From Bdellovibrionota bacterium (lineage in GTDB: Bacteria; Bdellovibrionota_C; UBA2361; OMII01), in contig JBIKWQ010000042.1 in the NCBI GenBank assembly GCA_044356215.1, positions 1 to 30,537 of the forward strand: 30,537 bases of DNA, written 5' to 3'. A model generated the notes under the pieces. It was given only the letters and a program-made list of their open reading frames with translations. It ran no database searches and was not told the DNA's origin. The position numbers were made by a program, and so were the translations under genes. Below are positions 1 to 7,848 of the stretch, one piece after another (position 1 is the stretch's first letter; each line of letters begins with the position of its first letter).

Positions 1-127
1 TATCTATCGTGCTCATAGACTTTGCGCTCCTTCGCATGGTCGAGCCTATTTTATTTTCTCACTAAGGGCAAGTGTTTATAAAAGTATCGCTATTCTAGGC
101 GGTTGGGGGTGGGGCTGCGAAGCCCTA
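1..127 (-). repeat. Terminal inverted repeat copy 1 (probable left end of a multicopy IS-like element, reading out of the window)
   Basis: Reverse complement of 30411-30537 with one mismatch (pos 37 vs 30501). Similarity stops abruptly after AGCCCTA at 127. Confidence 0.9.
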
Positions 128-145
128 AACTTCGGTCGAGCAAAA

Positions 146-799
146 TTAATAAACAATCTGCGGAGGAGGCTGTTGCAACGGTTGCGATGGCTGCTGATTG
201 TTGTCGGCACCTGTCCCCGTCTGGCCTGAATTTGGTTGATTTGAGCCTCCGTTAACGTCAGAAGTTCCTCCCAAATTCGGTAGTCCTTCTTGTAGATTAG
301 GCATTTTACCTAAATTAGGAAGCCTGGCGATCGGCAGATTCGGCAGTTGTCCGGCTCCGGGGAGTCCATTTCCGCCACTGCCACCGCAGCCGCCTCCGGC
401 TCCGCCGCATCCTCCTCCAGCGCCGCCACTTCCACCGCAACTACCCGTTGAGCCGCCGCAGCTTGTCCCTGATGAGCCACATGAGCTGCCGGTGCAAGTT
501 CCACCAGAGCTCGAGCCGTTAGCGCTGTTATTCCCTAGTTTGCGCATCAGGTCGTCCATTCCTATATCGAAAGCGTTCTTCTGTTCTCCGACTAAGGGAG
601 ATTGAGATTTGGCTTTCGTCGAATCAGGCACGATAGCGGCGCTGTCCTGAACAAGGGGCGTCTCGAGCACAATCGCGAGAGCGGCTATCATGAAAGTTAG
701 CGCCCCAAATTTTAAGACTCGCGAGGGTGTTAATTTGCAGATCCGCGGATCCGAACGAGTCTCCGTCCCCCGCGCTAATGATAAGAGCCCTTGAGTCAT
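146..799 (-). CDS. Gly/Cys/Ser-rich low-complexity exported or membrane-anchored hypothetical protein
   Basis: 217-aa ORF with GGGAG RBS upstream; hydrophobic segment FGALTFMIAALAIVL; Cys-spaced Gly tract; LPNL/MPNL repeats; Q/P-rich tail; 11 bp downstream of 811-1635. Confidence 0.7.
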   Translation of the reverse strand: MTQGLLSLARGTETRSDPRICKLTPSRVLKFGALTFMIAALAIVLETPLVQDSAAIVPDSTKAKSQSPLVGEQKNAFDIGMDDLMRKLGNNSANGSSSGGTCTGSSCGSSGTSCGGSTGSCGGSGGAGGGCGGAGGGCGGSGGNGLPGAGQLPNLPIARLPNLGKMPNLQEGLPNLGGTSDVNGGSNQPNSGQTGTGADNNQQPSQPLQQPPPQIVY

Positions 800-810
800 C
801 AGTATTCTCC

Positions 811-1635
811 CTAGAAAGATTCAATACTTGAGTCCCGCGCGTTGCCAGAGTTCGTCGCGGATGGAACCTGTGGCGGATTGTTCATCGGTGTTGGTTGAGC
901 GGCGATAGTTCCGGCATTCCCACTTTGAGAACCCTGGTTCTGAGAGTTGCCGTTATCGGAGCTGCCCAAGTTGTTAAGCTGCCCGCCGAGTCCTCCGACG
1001 GCTCCGATGATGCCACCGAGTCCCCCCGCACCGAGCTGATTTAAATTTCCGGCTCCTAAGCCGTTGCCATTTAGGCCGCCAAGCGGGTTATTTTGATTAC
1101 CAAGGCCCCCAAGTCCGCCCAAACCCCCAAGTCCACCGAGTCCAGATCCGGCTAATCCAGCCAGGTTTCCGAGCCCGTTTCCACCAGCGATGTTCCCAAG
1201 GTTGTTGCCGATCCCGCCAAGACCCCCTAAACCACCGAGCCCTCCGAGAGCACCACCAAGGCCGCCACCACCACCGCAGCCACTACCTCCAGCACCACCT
1301 CTGCCGCAGCCTCCACCGCCACCGTTACAAGATGGCCCGCTACCAGAGCAGCCCCCGCTAGATGGCTTTCGGCATGTGGTGCAAGGCGCGACGACAAGAT
1401 ATTGATTGTGTCCAGGTAAGCCTGTTGGAATTAGCTGTTCCCGTGGTTGCAACGGACAGTTGCCAGTTGAGCAACTGGAACCAGAGGGCGGGGAGAAAAA
1501 GTCATTGCTATTTGATAAGCTGCAAGTTGGTCCGGTGCAGCCAGCGCTCGCGGGAGCGCAGAAAAACAGTGATGTAGCTCCAATAAGCAGGGCGACTTTT
1601 GTTAATGTTTGTGGGAAAAAGCGGCCTAAAAACAT
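811..1635 (-). CDS. Secreted Gly-rich, Cys-containing hypothetical protein (LGG repeats)
   Basis: 274-aa ORF with AAGGAG RBS; signal peptide ending ASA; CTGPTC, CSTGNC and CTTC motifs; long (LGG)n tract. Confidence 0.75.
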   Translation of the reverse strand: MFLGRFFPQTLTKVALLIGATSLFFCAPASAGCTGPTCSLSNSNDFFSPPSGSSCSTGNCPLQPREQLIPTGLPGHNQYLVVAPCTTCRKPSSGGCSGSGPSCNGGGGGCGRGGAGGSGCGGGGGLGGALGGLGGLGGLGGIGNNLGNIAGGNGLGNLAGLAGSGLGGLGGLGGLGGLGNQNNPLGGLNGNGLGAGNLNQLGAGGLGGIIGAVGGLGGQLNNLGSSDNGNSQNQGSQSGNAGTIAAQPTPMNNPPQVPSATNSGNARDSSIESF

Positions 1636-1906
1636 GAGATCTCCTTATAGGTAGCTTAAATTAAGCCAGGTATCATAAGCAGCCAGGAGGACTTGTGCGT
1701 CACCGCCTAGCTCCCTAATACAGTTATGACTGAAACCCGCACTTGTGTGACATAAAAAAGTCACTCTTTTACGAGAAACCACCATAACTCTCTTAGACCG
1801 CCGGTTTAGATGTTCTATTGGGGTGCTCTATTGGCGTTTTTAGGTGTAAGATGGGGAGGTTCGGCTCTTTAGTAGTCTTGGGCCACTCGAAATAAATCAG
1901 TTTAAA

Positions 1907-3940
1907 ATGATGAAGTTAAGCTCCTTTGTTTTTACAAAAGCGGTCCTAGCGGCGATTATTTTTTTCCTAGCCAGCTCGGTGAGTGTAGCGTACGCCGAAA
2001 CAGCCGACGAGGTTTTAAAGAGAGTTCAGAGAGGCGCCGCGGCGGAAAATCCGGATCCGAATGCCAAGAATCAATATCGGGGTGGTGTCTCTGGGATCCC
2101 AGAGGTTATCAAAAACATGAAAGACATCGCCAAGCCGATCTGGCCAGATGCCCCCGGCAGCGAAGTCGATAAATGGTACAGCCCGCATTTGAGGGATCAG
2201 AGGTTTGCTCAAGTGCTTCGGGATGAGCAAGCATCCTTTAGAGCGAGGGCTCTTGTCGCGCGCATCAAGCCATGTTTCTTTTGGATACCGTCTTGCGTCA
2301 ACGGTTTTGGAGTGAATCAGACGGCGTGTAACAATTGGCTGTGCCAAATCCCAGGGTGTAACTTACCCTGGGAGCACCTCGGCCACCTAGAAGAAGCTTG
2401 TTGTAAACCTTTCGTAGCCGGTTCTATGATCTACAGTAAATTAGTCGATGACACCAACTTCAAAACCTGTTGCGTAAGAGAGGGAGAGGAGAGTTGGACT
2501 GAGGAGAAGCTCGCCTGTACATACCCAACAGGCGATGGTTGGGCGGGCATGTTCGAGTATTACTACCCGACTACGATCGTTGGTATAGAGAAGCAACGTG
2601 CTGAGACTATGATCGCTACAAAGAGTGAGGTGGCGGATTGCCTGGCGCAGAGCGACCAAAAGATGAGCGAAAAAGGAGTTGATTGGGTCGCTGGAGCCAT
2701 ACGACGAATATCAGAAGAGTCGAAGGGTAAAGATGGCGAAGACAAGAGCGTTGATACGAAAGATTTAAAACAGAGGATAGCCGAAGACTTCGATAAAGTT
2801 CGAACAAAGAACGAGGAGTTAAAGGCAGCCGATAGCATCTTCGGAGAAGGTTTAACAGCGCGACCGTTTTTGCCGGCCTATTCGCGAAGTGAGATGACGA
2901 GATTAGCCGAATACTTCTGCATGCACCCGCGGCAGTTCCATAAATTAATGGATCCAAGCCAAGATCTGCTCCAACTTCGAGGCGGCCCAAGTCCTGAAGC
3001 ATTAGCCGACCAAACTAGCGGTATAAAGATCTGGGCAAACTACTGCCCAGACGCGGTCGAGTTAATGACCAATCCTGAAAATACAAGCACGCTTAAAAAT
3101 ATTGATCTCACCGATTCTGACTTCAATATGGGTTTTAAAGCCTGGACTGTAAACAAACTTTACTGTCAGTGGATGCACCTGCGAAATAACCCGAGTGTGA
3201 ACGCCGTAGGTATCGGTGATATGCTCAAAAAGACAGGTGAGGACCCTGGGTTCACCGCTGCCCAAGTTGGATATATGTGCTCCGACTACGGCGATCTCAG
3301 TACCGGCATGTCCCCACTAACTCTGTATAGAACCCTACCTGTACTGACTAGAACAGCCATCAAGGATCGTATGCTTAGTTTTGTTATGGCAGGTGCTTTG
3401 TGGCCTGCGCTAACTAACGAACCGAGATCTCAGTATAAGCGTTTTGAGCCGCAGCCGTATTCTCAGAAAGCGGACGATGGATTCCAAACATTCTGGGGTA
3501 ATCCGTTTATGGGAGGGGGTGTCAATGAATTAGGCAAAGATTGCAGGTCTCTAAAAGGTGATAACTTTGCTCTATCGCAGATGAATAACGTTGGAAATTC
3601 AGATCAGCTTTTTATCAGTGATTATACCCATAAGAGTTTCACTCAAGAGCCGATCCGAAACATCAATGGCGGACGGAAGGCTTTTGATAAATACGTAACC
3701 CAGTGGGCAAAGAATGATGAACAATCCAAAGCGGATATAGATAACCGAGGTATGGATAAAGACGCGCACACTTATGGGGTTACATTCCGAATATTCGCCA
3801 CTTGCCCGAGCGGATTTAAACGCTGGAGGCCAACATACAGGTGGCCGGGAGATGATGTGCAGTTGAGAAATCTAGATACCAACTGTGGAGAAGAGAACTT
3901 TGGTAGTCCAAAGGCACACGGCCCAGGCATCAGGAATTAA
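1907..3940 (+). CDS. Large Cys-rich secreted hypothetical protein (possibly remote TraU-like)
   Basis: 677-aa ORF; signal peptide ending AYA; many Cys. Segment GMFEYYYPTTIVGIE is reminiscent of TraU-family motifs. The family call is weak. Confidence 0.75.
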   Translation: MMKLSSFVFTKAVLAAIIFFLASSVSVAYAETADEVLKRVQRGAAAENPDPNAKNQYRGGVSGIPEVIKNMKDIAKPIWPDAPGSEVDKWYSPHLRDQRFAQVLRDEQASFRARALVARIKPCFFWIPSCVNGFGVNQTACNNWLCQIPGCNLPWEHLGHLEEACCKPFVAGSMIYSKLVDDTNFKTCCVREGEESWTEEKLACTYPTGDGWAGMFEYYYPTTIVGIEKQRAETMIATKSEVADCLAQSDQKMSEKGVDWVAGAIRRISEESKGKDGEDKSVDTKDLKQRIAEDFDKVRTKNEELKAADSIFGEGLTARPFLPAYSRSEMTRLAEYFCMHPRQFHKLMDPSQDLLQLRGGPSPEALADQTSGIKIWANYCPDAVELMTNPENTSTLKNIDLTDSDFNMGFKAWTVNKLYCQWMHLRNNPSVNAVGIGDMLKKTGEDPGFTAAQVGYMCSDYGDLSTGMSPLTLYRTLPVLTRTAIKDRMLSFVMAGALWPALTNEPRSQYKRFEPQPYSQKADDGFQTFWGNPFMGGGVNELGKDCRSLKGDNFALSQMNNVGNSDQLFISDYTHKSFTQEPIRNINGGRKAFDKYVTQWAKNDEQSKADIDNRGMDKDAHTYGVTFRIFATCPSGFKRWRPTYRWPGDDVQLRNLDTNCGEENFGSPKAHGPGIRN

Positions 3941-3949
3941 GGTCCCTGT

Positions 3950-4591
3950 ATGAACATACCGGCGACATCTCTTTTCATGATCTTAACCCTAGCGCTCGCG
4001 AGTTTTATGTTCGTGAGCGATACTTCTCAGGCGCAGGATTTTTTCCCGAAGGAGTTCGCTAAAGGCGATCTCGCTCAGCAACCTGCGAACAGTAACGCAT
4101 CAAGAGATGAACCGAGTAAACAGGGTACGGGGGTGCCAAGCCGCCTCAAGATAGGCGAAGAAACGAATCAAACAGCTCAAACGGATTCTCGGCAGCCGCG
4201 ATTATTTGTGTTGGTGAACTCAAGCAACAAAGAGCATTTTGAATCTGTAATCGCCAAAGTCATATCGTTAGCCAAGACTGGAAAGTTTAAAGTCATGCTC
4301 GTCACGCACATTGGCGACTACAGGAATGTGTCACTCGCCTCAAAGAGAGAGCTTTCTGAGCTGGGGATCTATTTGATAGCGAAGCAGAGCATCCCAAACA
4401 ATCTACCGATCAGTAGATCTCCAGCGTGGGGAGTCATGACCTCATCAGGCACTTCAGGTGTCAACGCTTATGTAATACAGGGATACCTTGAGCCCGAGCT
4501 CTTCTTTAATCAGGCGGGCCAGTTTGAGATCCCAGCGGGAATGAAGGTGAAAGATGATACCTTTCAAGTAGAGGCGTTGCAGGGGTTCTAA
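3950..4591 (+). CDS. Exported hypothetical protein, possibly TrbC_Ftype-like thioredoxin fold
   Basis: 213 aa; signal peptide ending AQA; RLFVLVNSS...PISRSPAWGV...YVIQG pattern resembles TrbC (LxVFVSxS...IxxVPAxV...IxG); 9 bp after the upstream gene. Confidence 0.7.
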   Translation: MNIPATSLFMILTLALASFMFVSDTSQAQDFFPKEFAKGDLAQQPANSNASRDEPSKQGTGVPSRLKIGEETNQTAQTDSRQPRLFVLVNSSNKEHFESVIAKVISLAKTGKFKVMLVTHIGDYRNVSLASKRELSELGIYLIAKQSIPNNLPISRSPAWGVMTSSGTSGVNAYVIQGYLEPELFFNQAGQFEIPAGMKVKDDTFQVEALQGF

Positions 4592-4594
4592 GCT

Positions 4595-5278
4595 ATGAGC
4601 AAACTCTCTTATAAAGGCGCGTTGAGAGCGCTATTCGCTGGAGCTCTGTTTTTTTGCTCTAGAGTATCTTTTGCTCAGCAGCCAGCGGTATCTGACGGAT
4701 CTCCCGCCACTCAGCAAGCGCCTATTGAGGCTTCAGCTAGCGCCACAACGACCCCTGAGCCTAAACAACCCATCAGGATGATTTCAGGGAGTGACGGGAT
4801 CCCATTCCCAAGCCCAGAGCATGTGGTCCTAGAGCCATCGCCAACTCCAGAGGTGCAGCCGACAAAAACCCCAGAGCCAACCCCAACACCGTATCAAAGA
4901 GCGAAGCGCTGTGAGCGAGCGGGAACATCGAAGCAAGTTGTGCGACCAGATAAAAACGACAATCAGATCTTAGCTGACAAACTTTTTGTAGGAGAGGAAC
5001 TCATCCCACTAGATCCAGATGAGGTGTATGGAACCGGAGTTAAGCTTTATCCGTATGGTCCAGGAGTAGGAGAGGGGCAGTATATCTTGCAAGAGATGTA
5101 CAAAGTTCCATGTTTGCCGTTCCGAATCAGGATCACCGAGTGGGGACAATACGAGCACAGTGGCGAGGATGCTTTAAAAAAATATGATGAGCGAGGAAAG
5201 AGAGGTGTGCCGACACTCCATCCCTGGGTATCTGAAAAGCTCTACGGAGCTAAGACATCAAAAAAGCGCGGGCGTTAG
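4595..5278 (+). CDS. Exported Pro/Thr-rich hypothetical protein (C-terminus weakly TraW-like)
   Basis: 227 aa; signal peptide ending SFA; PTPEP linker; LQEMYKVPCLPFRI segment; 3 bp after the upstream gene. Confidence 0.7.
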   Translation: MSKLSYKGALRALFAGALFFCSRVSFAQQPAVSDGSPATQQAPIEASASATTTPEPKQPIRMISGSDGIPFPSPEHVVLEPSPTPEVQPTKTPEPTPTPYQRAKRCERAGTSKQVVRPDKNDNQILADKLFVGEELIPLDPDEVYGTGVKLYPYGPGVGEGQYILQEMYKVPCLPFRIRITEWGQYEHSGEDALKKYDERGKRGVPTLHPWVSEKLYGAKTSKKRGR

Positions 5279-5695
5279 TTACGCGAGCTGAGTGCGTATA
5301 CGTCTACGGCGGGTTTGTTGATCAGATGAACGGGCTCGATACAGCTCCTCAGCGCTCTTAGGAATTCTTGTCCGCGCTGCCTCGAGGCGTTCTATTTTAT
5401 CAGGCGTGAGAGCCCCGTCGTAATCAACATCAACGAGTTCGGCTATGACTGCCTCGGACGTAACATCATTTGGTTCAAGAGTAATAGGAAGATCTGAAGG
5501 AGGAGGAGCGCTCTCTTGGCGCGTTGGAGCCGGAGCTAACTCGTGAACGATAATCGATTCGATTTTTAGAGCGGAGCCCGGGCTCACATCGCGAATCGAC
5601 TCAACCAATCGTTCACGGGTCTCACCTGGCAGGCGGCAAAGTATTTCAGCCGCGATCTTGAGACCATTAATATTTATAGACCTATCTCTCGACAT
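5279..5695 (-). CDS. Hypothetical protein with an N-terminal FliG-like helical segment
   Basis: 138 aa. NGLKIAAEILCRLPGETRERLVESIRDVSPGSALKIE resembles FliG GGxKxAAEILNxL...ILExLxxxDPELAxxI. Far too short for a full FliG. Confidence 0.55.
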   Translation of the reverse strand: MSRDRSININGLKIAAEILCRLPGETRERLVESIRDVSPGSALKIESIIVHELAPAPTRQESAPPPSDLPITLEPNDVTSEAVIAELVDVDYDGALTPDKIERLEAARTRIPKSAEELYRARSSDQQTRRRRIRTQLA

Positions 5696-5838
5696 AACCT
5701 CTAGGATGCCAAAAGGAGGACAAGGGGCTTAAAAATCTTAAACTAGCGTGAATTAAGAGGGTTACCAACCTTCAGAATCCACCAAGCTTGATTTTTCCGG
5801 GAGGATTTGGGACAGTAGGAGGGATTGAAATCCTCAAA

Positions 5839-5915
5839 GCCCACGTAGCTCAGCTGGTTAGAGCGCAGAACTCATAATTCTGAGGTCCCTTGTTCGATTC
5901 AAGGCGTGGGCACCA
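5839..5915 (+). tRNA. tRNA with CAT anticodon (elongator Met or Ile2; not initiator)
   Basis: Cloverleaf: acceptor GCCCACG/CGTGGGC, D arm GCTC/GAGC, anticodon arm CAGAA-CTCATAA-TTCTG, T arm CCTTG-TTCGATT-CAAGG, encoded CCA. G1-C72 is paired and there is no GGG/CCC anticodon stem. Confidence 0.95.
5871..5915 (+). repeat. attL core (45 bp, within the tRNA)
   Basis: CTCATAATTCTGAGGTCCCTTGTTCGATTCAAGGCGTGGGCACCA, identical to 25295-25339. Confidence 0.95.
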
Positions 5916-5973
5916 CTAATTCCAAATAGTTACATTCGATCTGTAACTTAAAACCCTCACAATCTATACTGCT

Positions 5974-6041
5974 CGTGCCAACTACGTGCCAACGGCCTCA
6001 GTTGATACCTAACGGTGCCAACACGAAAAGCTAGTGGCACG
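5974..6041 (+). repeat. Putative integrase arm-type binding sites (left)
   Basis: CGTGCCAAC-TA-CGTGCCAAC at 5974-5993, GTGCCAAC at 6015-6022, inverted TGGCACG at 6035-6041. The 20-mer recurs exactly at 25179-25198. Confidence 0.75.
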
Positions 6042-6061
6042 CGCACTTCTTGAGAGGGTTT

Positions 6062-7147
6062 ATGGGCAACATTTTCAAGCGAAAAGATGCAAAGGGCCAA
6101 GTTTCTTACACTGCGCGCATACGGCGTCGCGGTTATCCGCATATCACTGCAACATTCCGTCGCAAGATCGACGCGGACGCTTGGGTGCAGCAAGAGGAAC
6201 AGAAGATGCGCAACGGCTTGCACCTCGATCACTCGCAAGCAAAGAAGCATACCCTCAAAGAAGCGATCGCTCGTTACAGATCAGAGTTCACCTGCGATAT
6301 CAATCGCTCGTGTCACCTGAGACGGTGGGAGGAAGCCCTCGGACCCCGCTTACTACACACGATTAACGACGTAGTGATAAACGACGCCCTCGCTACGATA
6401 AAGCCAGAGAAGGGTAGAACTGCTAACGACAAGCTCGCCCCAGGCAGCATCCGAGTGCACCTCTGTAGCCTCTCTGCGGTCTTTAAGGAGGCGCGCCGCT
6501 GGGGATGGGTGAAACTGAATCCGGTGCGAGATGTAGAGCGACCCTCGCACGCAAAGATTCGAGATCGCTTCCTGAGCGACGAGGAGCTTAAAAACCTCCT
6601 CATCGCCTGTAAGCAGAGCCGCTATCAGCACCTCTATCTGATAGTCATCCTTGCGCTCTCAACCGGGATGCGCAAAGAGGAGATCCTCTCGCTCAAGTGG
6701 AGAAACGTCGAGCTAGACCGAGAGCGGATTATTCTGGAGAAGACCAAGAACGGCGATCGACGCAATGTGCCCGTTAAAGGTGAAGCCCTGGCGCTTCTTA
6801 AAGAGCACGCCAAGGTTCGTCGAATCGACACTGAGTTCCTTTTCCCAGGTGAGAAGCCTTCACCCCAGAAAGAGTGCAAGGCAGTACCTTCGTCAGAGCG
6901 GCACTTCGACATCACTGCCGCCTGGAATATGGCCCGTAAAACCTCCAAGCTCGTTGATTTTCGGTTCCACGACCTACGGCATACCGCCGCGAGTTATCTC
7001 GCAATGAACGGCGCCTCGTTGGTTGAGATAGCCGGTGTATTGGGACATCGAGACTTCAGCACAGTCCGTCGTTACGCTCACCTGAGTGAAAGCCATGTAG
7101 CGAGCACCGTTGAGAAGATGAATCAGAAGTTCATAAAGGGCGCCTAG
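6062..7147 (+). CDS. int: Tyrosine recombinase / phage-type integrase
   Basis: Catalytic residues TGMR, TKNG, FHDLRH, LGH and RRYAH; N-terminal arm-binding-like region (SYTARIRRRG...ATFRRKIDADAW); ATG at 6062 after GAGAGGG. Confidence 0.95.
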   Translation: MGNIFKRKDAKGQVSYTARIRRRGYPHITATFRRKIDADAWVQQEEQKMRNGLHLDHSQAKKHTLKEAIARYRSEFTCDINRSCHLRRWEEALGPRLLHTINDVVINDALATIKPEKGRTANDKLAPGSIRVHLCSLSAVFKEARRWGWVKLNPVRDVERPSHAKIRDRFLSDEELKNLLIACKQSRYQHLYLIVILALSTGMRKEEILSLKWRNVELDRERIILEKTKNGDRRNVPVKGEALALLKEHAKVRRIDTEFLFPGEKPSPQKECKAVPSSERHFDITAAWNMARKTSKLVDFRFHDLRHTAASYLAMNGASLVEIAGVLGHRDFSTVRRYAHLSESHVASTVEKMNQKFIKGA

Positions 7148-7488
7148 CGTAGCGCGATTTTCTCTCTCCTCGCGCACTACGTTAAATCTGATTAAGAGAC
7201 CTCCGAACGTGCAGCGCTCTAACTCGTCGTTCGGCACCGGTTAGCGGGGGATACCCGCTCAAAACCAGCCCCCAAAGCGACTCCCCGCTCAATCTGTCAT
7301 CGCTAACCACCTAATCCTATTGGCAAATAAGTCTCCAAATCAGAGTGGGTAACAAAATCTTGCCCTCTGATACAGGGGCTATTCGAGCACACAAAAAGAC
7401 AAAATCTACGGGTATAGGTGGAATCACCGACGTGCCTCATTCTACCTGCACAGGGCAATCAAGCCTAACGTAATTGAGGAGAGAAAGA

Positions 7489-7695
7489 ATGATGTCAGAA
7501 AAGAGAATTCCTGAACTGGTGCCGCTAACAAAGTGGGGCGAGTTCTTTATCGACCCATCCGTTGGAGCACTTCGATGGATGGTGCATTCGAATAAAGAGT
7601 TTGCTCAGCGCTGCGTAGTCCGGAGAGGGCGCCGTGTCTTGATTGATACGGAGGCCTACAACCGGTGGCTGCGCGAGCAAAGTATCGGGCAGTGA
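7489..7695 (+). CDS. Small excisionase/AlpA-like winged HTH DNA-binding protein
   Basis: 68 aa; AGGAG RBS; PSVGALRWMV...VVRRGRRVLIDTEAYNRWL is typical of Xis/HTH_17-like proteins; lies between int and the replication-type gene. Confidence 0.75.
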   Translation: MMSEKRIPELVPLTKWGEFFIDPSVGALRWMVHSNKEFAQRCVVRRGRRVLIDTEAYNRWLREQSIGQ

Positions 7696-7848
7696 GGAGC
7701 AATAAATTTCTAAGACTCTCAACTGTACCGAGGACCGGTGCAGTGAGGGGGTCCGCTAGTAAACGGAGCCTAGTGATGATGATAAATGAGAAAGGCCTTA
7801 GCGCGCTGATCCGCGATAAGGCCTGCGAGATAGGGACAGTGTGTAATT

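Noticed and set aside
1190..1405. Pro-rich 71-aa ORF on the + strand (and similar antisense ORFs throughout)
   Set aside because: It is the antisense shadow of Gly codons in 811-1635. The other short ORFs nested in long genes lack RBSs or motifs.
146..1635. RiPP precursors (Cys/Ser/Gly-rich cores)
   Set aside because: The proteins are long with Sec-type or TM N-termini, and no YcaO, radical SAM, lanthipeptide or transporter gene is nearby.
5974..6041. CRISPR array or DGR repeats
   Set aside because: The repeats are 9-20 bp without unique spacers, and no cas or reverse transcriptase gene is in the window.
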